DNA from: Solirubrobacterales bacterium
GTDB taxonomy: Bacteria > Actinomycetota > Thermoleophilia > Solirubrobacterales > 70-9
Assembly (NCBI GenBank): GCA_021323175.1
Contig: JAJTCK010000002.1
Location: forward strand, 467-64,466
Length of the DNA: 64,000 bases
Reading direction: 5' to 3'
A program made the translations under genes and the position numbers. The notes under the pieces are model-generated. The model was given only the letters and a program-made list of their open reading frames with translations, did not search any database and had not been told where the DNA came from. Position 1 is the stretch's first letter; each line of letters opens with the position of its first letter. Positions 48,734 to 56,716 of the stretch are shown one piece after another.

Positions 48734-49357
48734 CTAGGTCAACTCGGCGCCGGAGGCGAGGCCTCCGTACTGGCCGCCGTGGAACAGCAGGGGCTGGGCG
48801 TTCCCCTCGTAGCACGCATCCTCGACCCGCCCCAGGAAGAGGGAGTGATCGCCTCCCCAGTAGGACTTGGCGACCTTGCTGACGAACTGGGCGGCCGAAC
48901 CGGCGACTACCGGGGTCTCGTGGACGATTTCGAAACTGGGTTCGTCGCGGCCGTCCCCTGGCCTGCCGGCGAACTGGTCCGAGAGATCGCGCTGCCCGGC
49001 GGCGAGCACTGAGACGCCGAAGCGCTGTCCCTCGTAGAGCAGCGAGCACATCTTGGTGCGGCGGTCCACCGAGATCAGGACCAGCGGAGGCTCCAGGCTG
49101 ACGGACATGAAGGCGTTCGCGGTCATCCCGTGGACCTGGTCACCGACCTTCGTCGTGATCACTGTGACACCGGTGGCGAACATCCCGAGCGTCTGGCGCA
49201 GCGCCTTGGCGGGATCGTCGCCCTCGATCTCGAGGGCCGCCTCGTCGGATGGATCGGGCGGTCCCTGACCGATCCCGTCAGGACCCGTCCCGACCCAGGC
49301 CGCGACCTCGGCCAGCTTCAGGTCGAACTCGGGCGGCTGGGCGTCAGGCTCGGTCAC
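48734..49357 (-). CDS. HpaC-like NAD(P)H-flavin reductase (split-barrel flavin reductase domain)
   Basis: ORF 48734..49534. FATGVTVITT..HGMTANAFMSVSLEPPLVLISV..GDHSLFLGRV. The ORF's 5' end is the antisense of the tRNA gene, so the start was moved to GTG 49357 (GTG 49390 is an alternative). Confidence 0.82.
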   Translation of the reverse strand: MTEPDAQPPEFDLKLAEVAAWVGTGPDGIGQGPPDPSDEAALEIEGDDPAKALRQTLGMFATGVTVITTKVGDQVHGMTANAFMSVSLEPPLVLISVDRRTKMCSLLYEGQRFGVSVLAAGQRDLSDQFAGRPGDGRDEPSFEIVHETPVVAGSAAQFVSKVAKSYWGGDHSLFLGRVEDACYEGNAQPLLFHGGQYGGLASGAELT

Positions 49358-49431
49358 AGGTGCATTATCCCCCGTATCAAGCGCTCGCACGCCCAGTCCG
49401 TCCACGTTTCGCGAGTAACCTGACCAGGCTC

Positions 49432-49505
49432 GCGCCCGTAGCTCAGCTGGATAGAGCGCCGCCCTCCGGAGGCGGAGGCCACAGGTTCGAATCCTGTCGG
49501 GCGCG
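49432..49505 (+). tRNA. tRNA-Arg (anticodon CCG)
   Basis: Hand-folded cloverleaf: acceptor GCGCCCG/CGGGCGC, D-arm GCTC-AGCTGGATA-GAGC, anticodon stem CCGCC/GGCGG with loop CTCCGGA, T-arm ACAGG-TTCGAAT-CCTGT. 74 nt, with no encoded CCA. Confidence 0.93.
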
Positions 49506-49535
49506 CTGCGCCGCGTCGGCCTGGCGGAGCGCACC

Positions 49536-50507
49536 TCAGGCAGGAGCCGGCGCGCGCGCCTCGGGGTTGGCCCGGTACCACTCGATGGTCCGGCCGAGCC
49601 CCTCCCGCAGCTCGACCTGCGGTTTCCAGCCGGTCAACCCACGCAGCTTGGCCGAGTCCAGGAACTGGCGATCAATCTCGCCCCGCGGATTGCCCCTCCC
49701 GCGAAAGTCGGGCGTCACCTCGGCGCCGGCCACCTCGCACACCAACTCGACCACCTCGCCGACCGTGTTCGGCCGGCCCCACCCCGCATTGAACGCCTCA
49801 CCCCGGCCACGGCCGGCCGAGACGGCGTCGGCCACCGCCAGGTAGGCGGACGCGACGTCCTCGACGTACAGGAAGTCGCGCTCGGGGCTGCCGTCGGAGC
49901 GGATCACCGGACGGCGTCCTTCGAGCACCGCGCTGACCGCCTCGGGGACCAGCCGCGAGAAGTTGAGGTCCCCGCCTCCGTAGATGTTCGCGAACCGGGT
50001 GACGGCGACCGGCAGGCCGAACGAGTGCCAGTAGGACCTGGAGATCAGGTCCGCGGCGGCCTTGGACACGTCGTAGGGAAAGGCAGGCTCGAGCGCGGCG
50101 TCCTCGGTGTACGGAAGCGCCTCATGGCGGCCGTAGGCCTTGTCCGACGATGCCACCACCACGGTACCCACGTCCGCCGCACGAGCCGCCTCGAGCAGGT
50201 TCCACGTCCCCTCCACGTTGATCCGGAAGGTGGCCACCGGCGAGGCCATGGCATCGCCGACGATCGCTTGGGCCGCGAGATGGAAGACCACGTCCGGCGC
50301 GTGCGACGACACCACGGCGGACAGCCGCTCGGCGTCCCTGACGTCGGCCGCCTCCTGTCGCACATCCGTCTCGATCCCGAGCAGGGCGAGCCCCGACGGC
50401 CGGCCGGTCTGGCGATCGAGGCCGACGACCTCCTCTCCGCGCTCCAAAAGCGCCCGGGCGAGCCACGAGCCCCCGAAGCCGCGGGCCCCCGTGACTAGGG
50501 CCTTCAT
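49536..50507 (-). CDS. rfbG: NAD-dependent sugar-nucleotide 4,6-dehydratase (CDP-glucose 4,6-dehydratase-like SDR)
   Basis: ORF 49536..50507. VTGARGFGGSWL Rossmann motif and YDVSK catalytic motif. Adjacent to a cytidylyltransferase gene. Confidence 0.78.
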   Translation of the reverse strand: MKALVTGARGFGGSWLARALLERGEEVVGLDRQTGRPSGLALLGIETDVRQEAADVRDAERLSAVVSSHAPDVVFHLAAQAIVGDAMASPVATFRINVEGTWNLLEAARAADVGTVVVASSDKAYGRHEALPYTEDAALEPAFPYDVSKAAADLISRSYWHSFGLPVAVTRFANIYGGGDLNFSRLVPEAVSAVLEGRRPVIRSDGSPERDFLYVEDVASAYLAVADAVSAGRGRGEAFNAGWGRPNTVGEVVELVCEVAGAEVTPDFRGRGNPRGEIDRQFLDSAKLRGLTGWKPQVELREGLGRTIEWYRANPEARAPAPA

Positions 50508-50517
50508 CGCACCCGAC

Positions 50518-51255
50518 TCACGCCACGGGCTCCTCGGCCCATACCCGCCACGGCGGCTCTCCGGAAGCCCAGAGGTCGTTCAGGATCACCGCGTCCTTGT
50601 AGGTGTCCATGCAGTCCCAGAAGCCACCATGCCGGTACGCGCGCAGCTGCCCGTCCGCTGCGAGACGCTCGAGCGGCTCGCGCTCGAGCACGCTGTCGGT
50701 CTCCAGGTAGGACAGCGCGCCCGGCTCGAAGCAGAAGAACCCCGCGTTGATCCACCGCTCCAGCCGCGGCTTCTCCTCGAACTCGGCGACCCGCCCCTCG
50801 TCATCAAGCGCGGCGACCCCGAACTGAAGGGTTGGCTGCACGACCGTGACCGTCGCGAGCGCGCCGCCGTCTTCGTGCTCGGCCAGCAGCCGGGCGAGGT
50901 CTATGTCGGCCACGCCGTCGGCGTAGGTGGTGCAGAACGGCTCGTCCCGCAGCTCGTCCTCGAGCAGCTTGATTCGTCCCCCCGTCGGCGTGTCGAGGCC
51001 CGTATCGAGGCACCGGGCCTCGACCCCCCTTCCCCACTCGGTGGCATCCAGCCACTCGCGGATCTGATCGCCCTTGTATCCGGTCGCGAGCAGGAAGCGG
51101 CGGAAGCCCTGGGCCGCGTAGATCGAGATCACGTGCCACAGGATCGGCCGGGCACCGATCTCGACAAGCGCCTTGGGAATCGACTCGGTGCGCTCCCGCA
51201 GGCGGGTGCCTCTCCCGCCGCAGAGAATCACCACAGGAGTTCGCGCGGGATCCAC
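50518..51255 (-). CDS. rfbF: Glucose-1-phosphate cytidylyltransferase
   Basis: ORF 50518..51255. VVILCGGRGTRLRE..PKALVEIG..PILWHVI..GYKG. Confidence 0.85.
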   Translation of the reverse strand: MDPARTPVVILCGGRGTRLRERTESIPKALVEIGARPILWHVISIYAAQGFRRFLLATGYKGDQIREWLDATEWGRGVEARCLDTGLDTPTGGRIKLLEDELRDEPFCTTYADGVADIDLARLLAEHEDGGALATVTVVQPTLQFGVAALDDEGRVAEFEEKPRLERWINAGFFCFEPGALSYLETDSVLEREPLERLAADGQLRAYRHGGFWDCMDTYKDAVILNDLWASGEPPWRVWAEEPVA

Positions 51256-51312
51256 CTGCGGAAGCCTAGGAGAGGCCGCGCGCGCCGCGTCGGCCGAAGG
51301 CGGTCGCGCTCG

Positions 51313-51588
51313 TCACTCCCCGCCGGCGACCGCGGGCAGGATTGTGACCTCGTCGCCGTCGTTGACGGACGTCTCGAGACCGTCCTGAAAGCGGATGTCC
51401 TCGCCGTCGACGTAGACGTTGACGAAGCGGCGCAGGTCCCCGTCCTGTGTGATGCGCTCGCGCAGGCCGTCGTGCTGGTCGAAAACCGCGTCGAGCGCCT
51501 CGCCGACGGTGGACCCCTCCACCTCGAGCTCTCCCTCGCCGCCGGTGGCGGTTCGCAGCTGCGCTGGGATCTTCACGGTGATACTCAT
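51313..51588 (-). CDS. MoaD/ThiS-family sulfur-carrier protein (C-terminus ..AVAGG-E)
   Basis: ORF 51313..51588, 91 aa. Beta-grasp-like sequence ending in Gly-Gly followed by one extra Glu, checked codon by codon (GTC GCC GGC GGG GAG TGA). Confidence 0.8.
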   Translation of the reverse strand: MSITVKIPAQLRTATGGEGELEVEGSTVGEALDAVFDQHDGLRERITQDGDLRRFVNVYVDGEDIRFQDGLETSVNDGDEVTILPAVAGGE

Positions 51589-51612
51589 CTCAGCGGATCC
51601 TAATTCAGGCGG

Positions 51613-52845
51613 CTATGCGACGACCTCGGCCGCGAACTCCCTCTCGAAGTCCGCGAGCGTCGGGTCGATCTCGTGCATGCGGAACGATTCGCGTGCGGCG
51701 TCGAGCGTCTTCAGCCCCTCGCCCGTGATGTAGACGACGACTCGCTCGTCGCTGTCGATGTCACCGCGCCGCGCGAGCTTCTCCAGCACCCCCATCGTGA
51801 CCCCGCCTGCGGTCTCGGTGAAGATGCCGGTCGTCTCGGCGAGCAGGCGGATCCCCGCCGTGATCTCGTCGTCGGTGACGGATTCGATCGAGCCGCCGGT
51901 GCTGCGCGCGAGATCCAGTGCGTATGGACCGTCGGCGGGATCGCCGATCGCCAGGCTCTTCGCGATCGTGTCCGGCCGCTGCGGCTTGCAGACGCTCGTG
52001 CCGTCGGCGAAGGCCGTCGCGACCGGCGAGCAGCCCTCGGCCTGAGCCCCGCAAAACGTCGGCAGCTCACCCTCGACCAGGCCCAACTCCAGCCATTCGG
52101 TGATCCCGCGTCCAAGCTTGGTGAACATGGACCCCGAAGCGATCGGCCCGACTATCCGGTCGGGGATCTGCCAGCCGAGCTGCTCGATCGTCTCGTAGGC
52201 GAGGGTCTTGGAGCCCTCTGCGTAGTACGGGCGCAGGTTCACGTTGACGAACGCCCACGGCCGCTCGGCCGACAGCTCCGTGCAGAGCCTGTTGACGTCG
52301 TCGTAGTTGCCCCGGATCCCGACCAGGTTCGTCCCGTAGATCCCGGTCGCAAGCAGCTTCTGCTCCTCGAGGTCCGCGGGCACGAAGACGTAGGACGACA
52401 GGCCGGCGGCAGCGGCGTGCGCGGCCACGGCGTTCGCCAGGTTCCCGGTGGACGCGCAGGCGACCGTTTCGAACCCGAGCTCTTTGGCCTTGGCGACGGC
52501 GACGGCGACGACGCGGTCCTTGAACGAATGGGTCGGGTTCGCCGCGTCGTTCTTGATCCAGACCTCGCCCATTCCCAGCCGCTCGGCCAAGCGGTCTGCG
52601 CGAACCAGCGGGGTCAGCCCGGGCTCGAGCGGATCGCCGGGCCGCTCCCCCTCGAACGGGAGGAAGTCCGAGTACCGCCAGATACCGCGAGAGCCGGCTT
52701 GGATCTTGCGCTTGGCCTCCTCGGCGTCCATGCCCGAGTTGTCGTACGCGACCTCCAGCGGGCCGAAGCAGGTCTCGCAGAAGAAAGCGGCCCCGAGCTC
52801 GTAGCCCGCTCCGCACTCCTTGCAGTTGAGGGATCTGACAGCCAC
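51613..52845 (-). CDS. Threonine-synthase-family PLP enzyme with N-terminal zinc ribbon (candidate homocysteine synthase of MetM type)
   Basis: ORF 51613..53001 trimmed to GTG 52845, 9 nt after an AAGGAG RBS, because the upstream part is the riboswitch. CKECG..CETC ribbon and PLP-lysine motif NPTHSFKDRV. Confidence 0.85.
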   Translation of the reverse strand: MAVRSLNCKECGAGYELGAAFFCETCFGPLEVAYDNSGMDAEEAKRKIQAGSRGIWRYSDFLPFEGERPGDPLEPGLTPLVRADRLAERLGMGEVWIKNDAANPTHSFKDRVVAVAVAKAKELGFETVACASTGNLANAVAAHAAAAGLSSYVFVPADLEEQKLLATGIYGTNLVGIRGNYDDVNRLCTELSAERPWAFVNVNLRPYYAEGSKTLAYETIEQLGWQIPDRIVGPIASGSMFTKLGRGITEWLELGLVEGELPTFCGAQAEGCSPVATAFADGTSVCKPQRPDTIAKSLAIGDPADGPYALDLARSTGGSIESVTDDEITAGIRLLAETTGIFTETAGGVTMGVLEKLARRGDIDSDERVVVYITGEGLKTLDAARESFRMHEIDPTLADFEREFAAEVVA

Positions 52846-52865
52846 TCGAAGAATCTCCTTGGAAC

Positions 52866-53032
52866 GAAAAAACCTCCGCCTGGTCAGTGGGCGGAGGTTC
52901 CGGGAGGAAACTCTTCCCACATCTCCCAGGCCTGATGCGACGCCTGCTGGATTTGGCACCTCTCCTCGAACCGAAGTTCGAGGTGGTTGCCGGGGCTTCA
53001 TCGGGCCAGTCCCTCCACCCCTCTTGATGTGG
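52866..53032 (-). promoter_or_regulatory. SAM-I (S-box) riboswitch with intrinsic terminator expression platform
   Basis: Minus strand: CCACAUCAAGAGGGGUGGAGGGACUGGCCCGAUGAAGCCCCGGCAACC..GGUGCCAAAUCCAGCAG..GGGAGAUGUGG. The aptamer spans 52917..53032 with P1 CCACAUC/GAUGUGG. It is followed by AACCUCCGCC-CACUGACCA-GGCGGAGGUU plus a U5 run (52866..52899). Confidence 0.93.
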
Positions 53033-53051
53033 TGCAGCTATGTGGCGCGGG

Positions 53052-53060
53052 ACTATACCA
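53052..53060 (-). promoter_or_regulatory. Candidate extended -10 promoter for the riboswitch transcript
   Basis: Minus strand TGGTATAGT (TGn + TATAGT) about 20 nt upstream of P1. The -35 region is poor. Confidence 0.35.
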
Positions 53061-53188
53061 GCGCCTCCATCCATGACCGACGGGTTTCCGGCATCCACAT
53101 CGCGGTCCACCGCTTGCGAGCGCCCCCCTCTGCTCCCGTAAAGTTGCAGCCGAGATGGAAGACGCGACCACACAGCAGGAGCCGGCCG

Positions 53189-54196
53189 ATGCCGAACCTC
53201 CCTCGTCCCAGGCTGCGCAGGAACCCGCGCGCCGGCGGCCCGGTGGTCGACTCCGAGCTCGCTGAGCCCCGTACCCCCCAGGTCGAGGAGATCGCCGCCG
53301 AGGGACTGCGGTGGGTCAACATCGAGCGGCCGAGCGCCGTCGAGCAGGGCTGGCTGGCGGAGAACTTCGACTTCCACCCCCTTGACTTCGAGGACGTCCT
53401 CTCGCGCAACCAGCGACCGAAGATCGACAAGTACGACGACTATCTCTTCATCGTCCTGCACTTCCCGGTGTTCGACCGTAACGCCGGCCGCCTGGGCACT
53501 GGCGAGCTCGACATCTTCGTCGCGCCCGGCCTCCTGATCACGCTTCCGAACCAGCCGATCCAGCCCGTCGAGTACCTGTTCGAGCGCTGCCGGCAGAAGG
53601 AGGAGCTGCGCGACCAGCTCTTCTCGCGCGGCTCCGGCTATCTCCTCTACCGGATCGTGGACGACGGGTTCGACTACTGCTTCCCGATGCTGCGAAAGAT
53701 CGGCAACAAGCTCGACGCGCTGGAGGAGGAGATCTTCGAAGGACGTTCCGAGGAGATCGTGCGCGACATCTCCAACGTCAAGCAGGAGATCATCAACTTC
53801 CGGAAGGTGATCCGGCCCCAGCGCCCGGTCCTGCGCGACCTCGAGCGGGTCAAGGACCGCTACCTGGCTCCCGAGATCGACCTGGAGATCTACTTCGACG
53901 ACATCGTCGATGCCCATGAGCGGATCTGGGACATGCTCGAGAACTACAAGGAGGTGATCGAGGCATACGAGGACACGAACGAGTCGGTGATCTCCCACCG
54001 CGTCAACGACATCCTGCGCGTGCTCACCTCGATCAGCGTGATCGTCCTCCCCCTCACCCTGCTCGCGAGCATCTGGGGGATGAACGTCGGTGTCCCTGGC
54101 GAGGGTGAAGACGCTCCCTTCTGGATCATCGTCGGCTCGATGGTGGCGCTGCTGGTCGGCATGGTCACCTACTTCCGCCGGCGCGGCTGGCTCTAG
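53189..54196 (+). CDS. corA: Magnesium/cobalt transporter CorA
   Basis: ORF 52820..54196. C-terminal WGMNV (GMN) motif between two TM helices. The 5' part overlaps the riboswitch/thrC-like gene, so the start was set to ATG 53189 (GTG 53243 is an alternative). Confidence 0.88.
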   Translation: MPNLPRPRLRRNPRAGGPVVDSELAEPRTPQVEEIAAEGLRWVNIERPSAVEQGWLAENFDFHPLDFEDVLSRNQRPKIDKYDDYLFIVLHFPVFDRNAGRLGTGELDIFVAPGLLITLPNQPIQPVEYLFERCRQKEELRDQLFSRGSGYLLYRIVDDGFDYCFPMLRKIGNKLDALEEEIFEGRSEEIVRDISNVKQEIINFRKVIRPQRPVLRDLERVKDRYLAPEIDLEIYFDDIVDAHERIWDMLENYKEVIEAYEDTNESVISHRVNDILRVLTSISVIVLPLTLLASIWGMNVGVPGEGEDAPFWIIVGSMVALLVGMVTYFRRRGWL

Positions 54197-54226
54197 CCGA
54201 CGCCCGAGCTTGGGAACAGTCAGGTC

Positions 54227-54745
54227 ATGACTGAGACCGCCGCACCCATCACGATCGAGGACCTGCCGAGCGACTCGCTGGAGGAGATCCGAGAGATCTG
54301 GCTCGAGCTGCACGAGCACCACATCAGCACCGACCCGACGCGCGCGGCCGTCGCGCGCCCACGCACCGCCGAGCAGGCCTGGCGATTTCGCCGCCCCGCG
54401 ATGGAGCGATGGCTTCGAGAGCCGGGCGCATTCGCTCTCGTCGCCCGGGACGCGGCCGCCCCAGTGGGGTTTGCGGTCGCGACCGTCAAGGACGCACCCG
54501 GGACCTGGGACGTCGGCGACCGGATCGGCGTGCTGGAGATCCTCGCCATCGCCGCGGGCCGGCGCAGGCAGGGCGTCGGCGGGATGCTCACCAGCGAGGT
54601 GTCGCGGCGCCTGGCGGCGGACGGCATCTCGATGATGCAGATCGAGGTGCTCGCGACCAACGAGGAGGCCTCCCGGTTCTACGAGCGGATGGGGGCGGCT
54701 GAGTCCTCCCGCCTGTACTGGCTGCTGACGAAGGACGACGACTGA
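54227..54745 (+). CDS. GNAT-family N-acetyltransferase
   Basis: ORF 54227..54745. Acetyl-CoA motif A RRRQGVGGML. Confidence 0.8.
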   Translation: MTETAAPITIEDLPSDSLEEIREIWLELHEHHISTDPTRAAVARPRTAEQAWRFRRPAMERWLREPGAFALVARDAAAPVGFAVATVKDAPGTWDVGDRIGVLEILAIAAGRRRQGVGGMLTSEVSRRLAADGISMMQIEVLATNEEASRFYERMGAAESSRLYWLLTKDDD

Positions 54746-54772
54746 GGTAGCCGCGATGCCTTCGGGCCTACG

Positions 54773-55273
54773 ATGCGTGGTGTGGCCAACGACCGTATCT
54801 GGGCGCCCTGGCGGCTCGACTACGTGAAGGACGCGAGCAAGGACAGCGCCGACGAATGCATCTTCTGCGTCAAGCCCGCCGAGGGTGACGACCAGGCGAA
54901 CCTGATCGTCCATCGCGGCAGTCGCTGCTTCGTGATCCTCAACAAGTACCCGTACACGAACGGACACCTGATGGTGGCGCCCTATGAGCACGTGGGGACG
55001 CTGCCCCGGCTCGACCGCGAGACGGTGGCCGAGATGATGCTCCTGGCCCAGGAGTCGATGACGATCCTCGAGCACACGTATTCCCCCCACGGCTACAACG
55101 TCGGCTTCAACCAGGGGCGCGTCGCCGGCGCCGGGGTGGAGCACCACATCCACATGCACGTGGTCCCGCGCTGGGGCGGCGACACGAACTTCATGCCGGT
55201 GCTGGCCGACACGCGCGTCATGCCCCAGACGCTGGAGCAGAGCTACGACGCGCTCGCCGGTTCGTTCGGCTGA
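54773..55273 (+). CDS. HIT-family protein (Ap4A phosphorylase / GalT-like branch)
   Basis: ORF 54773..55273. CIFC.., NKYPYTNGHLMV, and histidine triad HHIHMHVVPRW. Confidence 0.82.
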   Translation: MRGVANDRIWAPWRLDYVKDASKDSADECIFCVKPAEGDDQANLIVHRGSRCFVILNKYPYTNGHLMVAPYEHVGTLPRLDRETVAEMMLLAQESMTILEHTYSPHGYNVGFNQGRVAGAGVEHHIHMHVVPRWGGDTNFMPVLADTRVMPQTLEQSYDALAGSFG

Positions 55274-55336
55274 CGCGCGCGGGACCAGCGAACCAAGCAG
55301 GGGCGGCGGAGTCCGAGCCCTTAACCTGCGCCACCG

Positions 55337-56716
55337 ATGGCGGCCCCAGTCCCTCCCCCTGACTCAATCTTCAAGGCCTATGACGTCCGGGGCCTCCACG
55401 GCGAGGAGTTGGACGGCGACACCGCGTACTCCATCGGCCGGGCGTTCGCCCGGGTGCTGGCGGGTCTGCGCGGCAAGTCGCCCGGTGACCTTGTCATCGG
55501 CTTGGGCCACGACATGCGCCTCAGCTCGCCCGAGATGGCATCACGCGCGCGCGATGGCATGGTCGCGGAGGGCGTCCGGGTCCTCGACGCCGGCCGCATA
55601 GCGACCGAGCAGCTGTACTTCCTGGTCGGCTGGCGCGACCTGGATGGAGGTGCGATGGTCACGGCTTCGCACAATCCCAGGGCCTACACGGGCATCAAGC
55701 TCATGCGGGAGCAGGCCCTCGCCCTTTCCGGAGAAGCCGGAATCGGGGATGTGCGCGCCGAGATCAGGGCCGGCCTGCCCGAGCCGCCCGGCGGCGGCTC
55801 GGTCGAGGAGGTGCGCGTCGACGAGGAGTTCCGCTCCCGGGTTCTCGGCTTCGTCGATCCGGAGCGAATCAAGCCGCTGCGGGTGCTGGCCTATGGCAGC
55901 GACGGCATGGCCGGCCCGATGGTCGGGCCGATCCTCGAATCCCTGGGCCTCGAGCTGCGAACCGCGTCGTGGGAGCCCGACGGTGAATTCCCCGAGCTGG
56001 GGCCCAACCCGATGCTCGCGGAGAACCAGGCCGAGATCGTCGCGCGCATACGCGAGGACGAGGTCGACCTGGCGATCGCCTGGGACGGTGATGCCGACCG
56101 CTGTTTCTTCTTCGACTCGCAGGCGCGGTTCTGCGATGGCGACTTCGTCTGCGCCCTCCTGGCCCGGGCCCTGCTCGAGAAGGAGCCGGGCGCGATGGTG
56201 CTGTATGACCCGCGCTCAAGCCGCGCCGTGCCGGACACGGTCGCCGCGGCGGGCGGCCGCTCGGGACTCAGCCGCGTCGGGCACGCGTTCTTCAAGATCC
56301 GCATGCGCGAGGAGGGCGCCGTCTTCGGCGGCGAGGTCTCCGGCCATTACTACTTCAGGGACTTCTTCTGCGCGGACTCGGGCTCGATTCCGGCCCTGTT
56401 GGTGCTCGAGCTCGTCTCGGCGACCGGCCGCTCACTGAGTGAGCTGATGGACGACTTCCGCTCCCGCTACTTCATCTCGGGCGAGATCAACTCCGAGGTG
56501 GCCGACCAGCAGGCGAAGCTGGCCCAGATCGAGGAGCGCTACTCCGACGCGGCAATCACGCGCCTCGACGGAATCTCGGTGGACTACACGGACTGGCACT
56601 TCAACGTCCGGCCCTCCAACACCGAGCCCCTGCTGCGACTGACCCTGGAGTCCCTCGTCTCGCCCGAGGACATGGAGGCCAAGCGCGACGAGATCCTGGG
56701 CCTGATCCGCGCATGA
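55337..56716 (+). CDS. manB: Phosphomannomutase/phosphoglucomutase
   Basis: ORF 55337..56716. Phosphoserine loop TASHNP, metal loop DGDADR, and sugar loop GGEVSGH. Confidence 0.9.
   Translation: MAAPVPPPDSIFKAYDVRGLHGEELDGDTAYSIGRAFARVLAGLRGKSPGDLVIGLGHDMRLSSPEMASRARDGMVAEGVRVLDAGRIATEQLYFLVGWRDLDGGAMVTASHNPRAYTGIKLMREQALALSGEAGIGDVRAEIRAGLPEPPGGGSVEEVRVDEEFRSRVLGFVDPERIKPLRVLAYGSDGMAGPMVGPILESLGLELRTASWEPDGEFPELGPNPMLAENQAEIVARIREDEVDLAIAWDGDADRCFFFDSQARFCDGDFVCALLARALLEKEPGAMVLYDPRSSRAVPDTVAAAGGRSGLSRVGHAFFKIRMREEGAVFGGEVSGHYYFRDFFCADSGSIPALLVLELVSATGRSLSELMDDFRSRYFISGEINSEVADQQAKLAQIEERYSDAAITRLDGISVDYTDWHFNVRPSNTEPLLRLTLESLVSPEDMEAKRDEILGLIRA

Noticed and set aside
49358-49534. 5' extension of ORF 48734..49534 (MRSARPTRRSAPDRIRTCGLRLRRAALYPAELRARA..)
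   Set aside because: This peptide is the well-known antisense read-through of a tRNA gene. The region encodes tRNA-Arg(CCG) on the plus strand, so the flavin reductase must start downstream of it.
49432-51300. tRNA-Arg as an integration site for a genomic island
   Set aside because: No integrase, recombinase or transposase lies nearby. There is no direct repeat of the tRNA 3' end that I could find. Neighbouring genes have the same GC3-rich codon usage as the core genes.
53155-53265. Alternative upstream ATG (53155, MEDATTQQEPADAEPP..) as the CorA start or a small ORF
   Set aside because: It is in a different frame from corA and terminates after 36 codons. GC3 is about two-thirds, against about 90 percent for the corA frame from 53189. 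No RBS is present. A frameshift-restored longer CorA cannot be excluded but is not needed.
52067-55159. 1030-aa ORF on the minus strand, the longest non-annotated ORF in the track
   Set aside because: It runs antisense to four well-supported plus-strand genes (corA, GNAT, HIT, start of manB) and to part of the thrC-like gene. Its translation is Arg/Gly/Pro/Asp-rich with no recognisable domain. It is the typical stop-codon-poor shadow frame of very GC-rich DNA.
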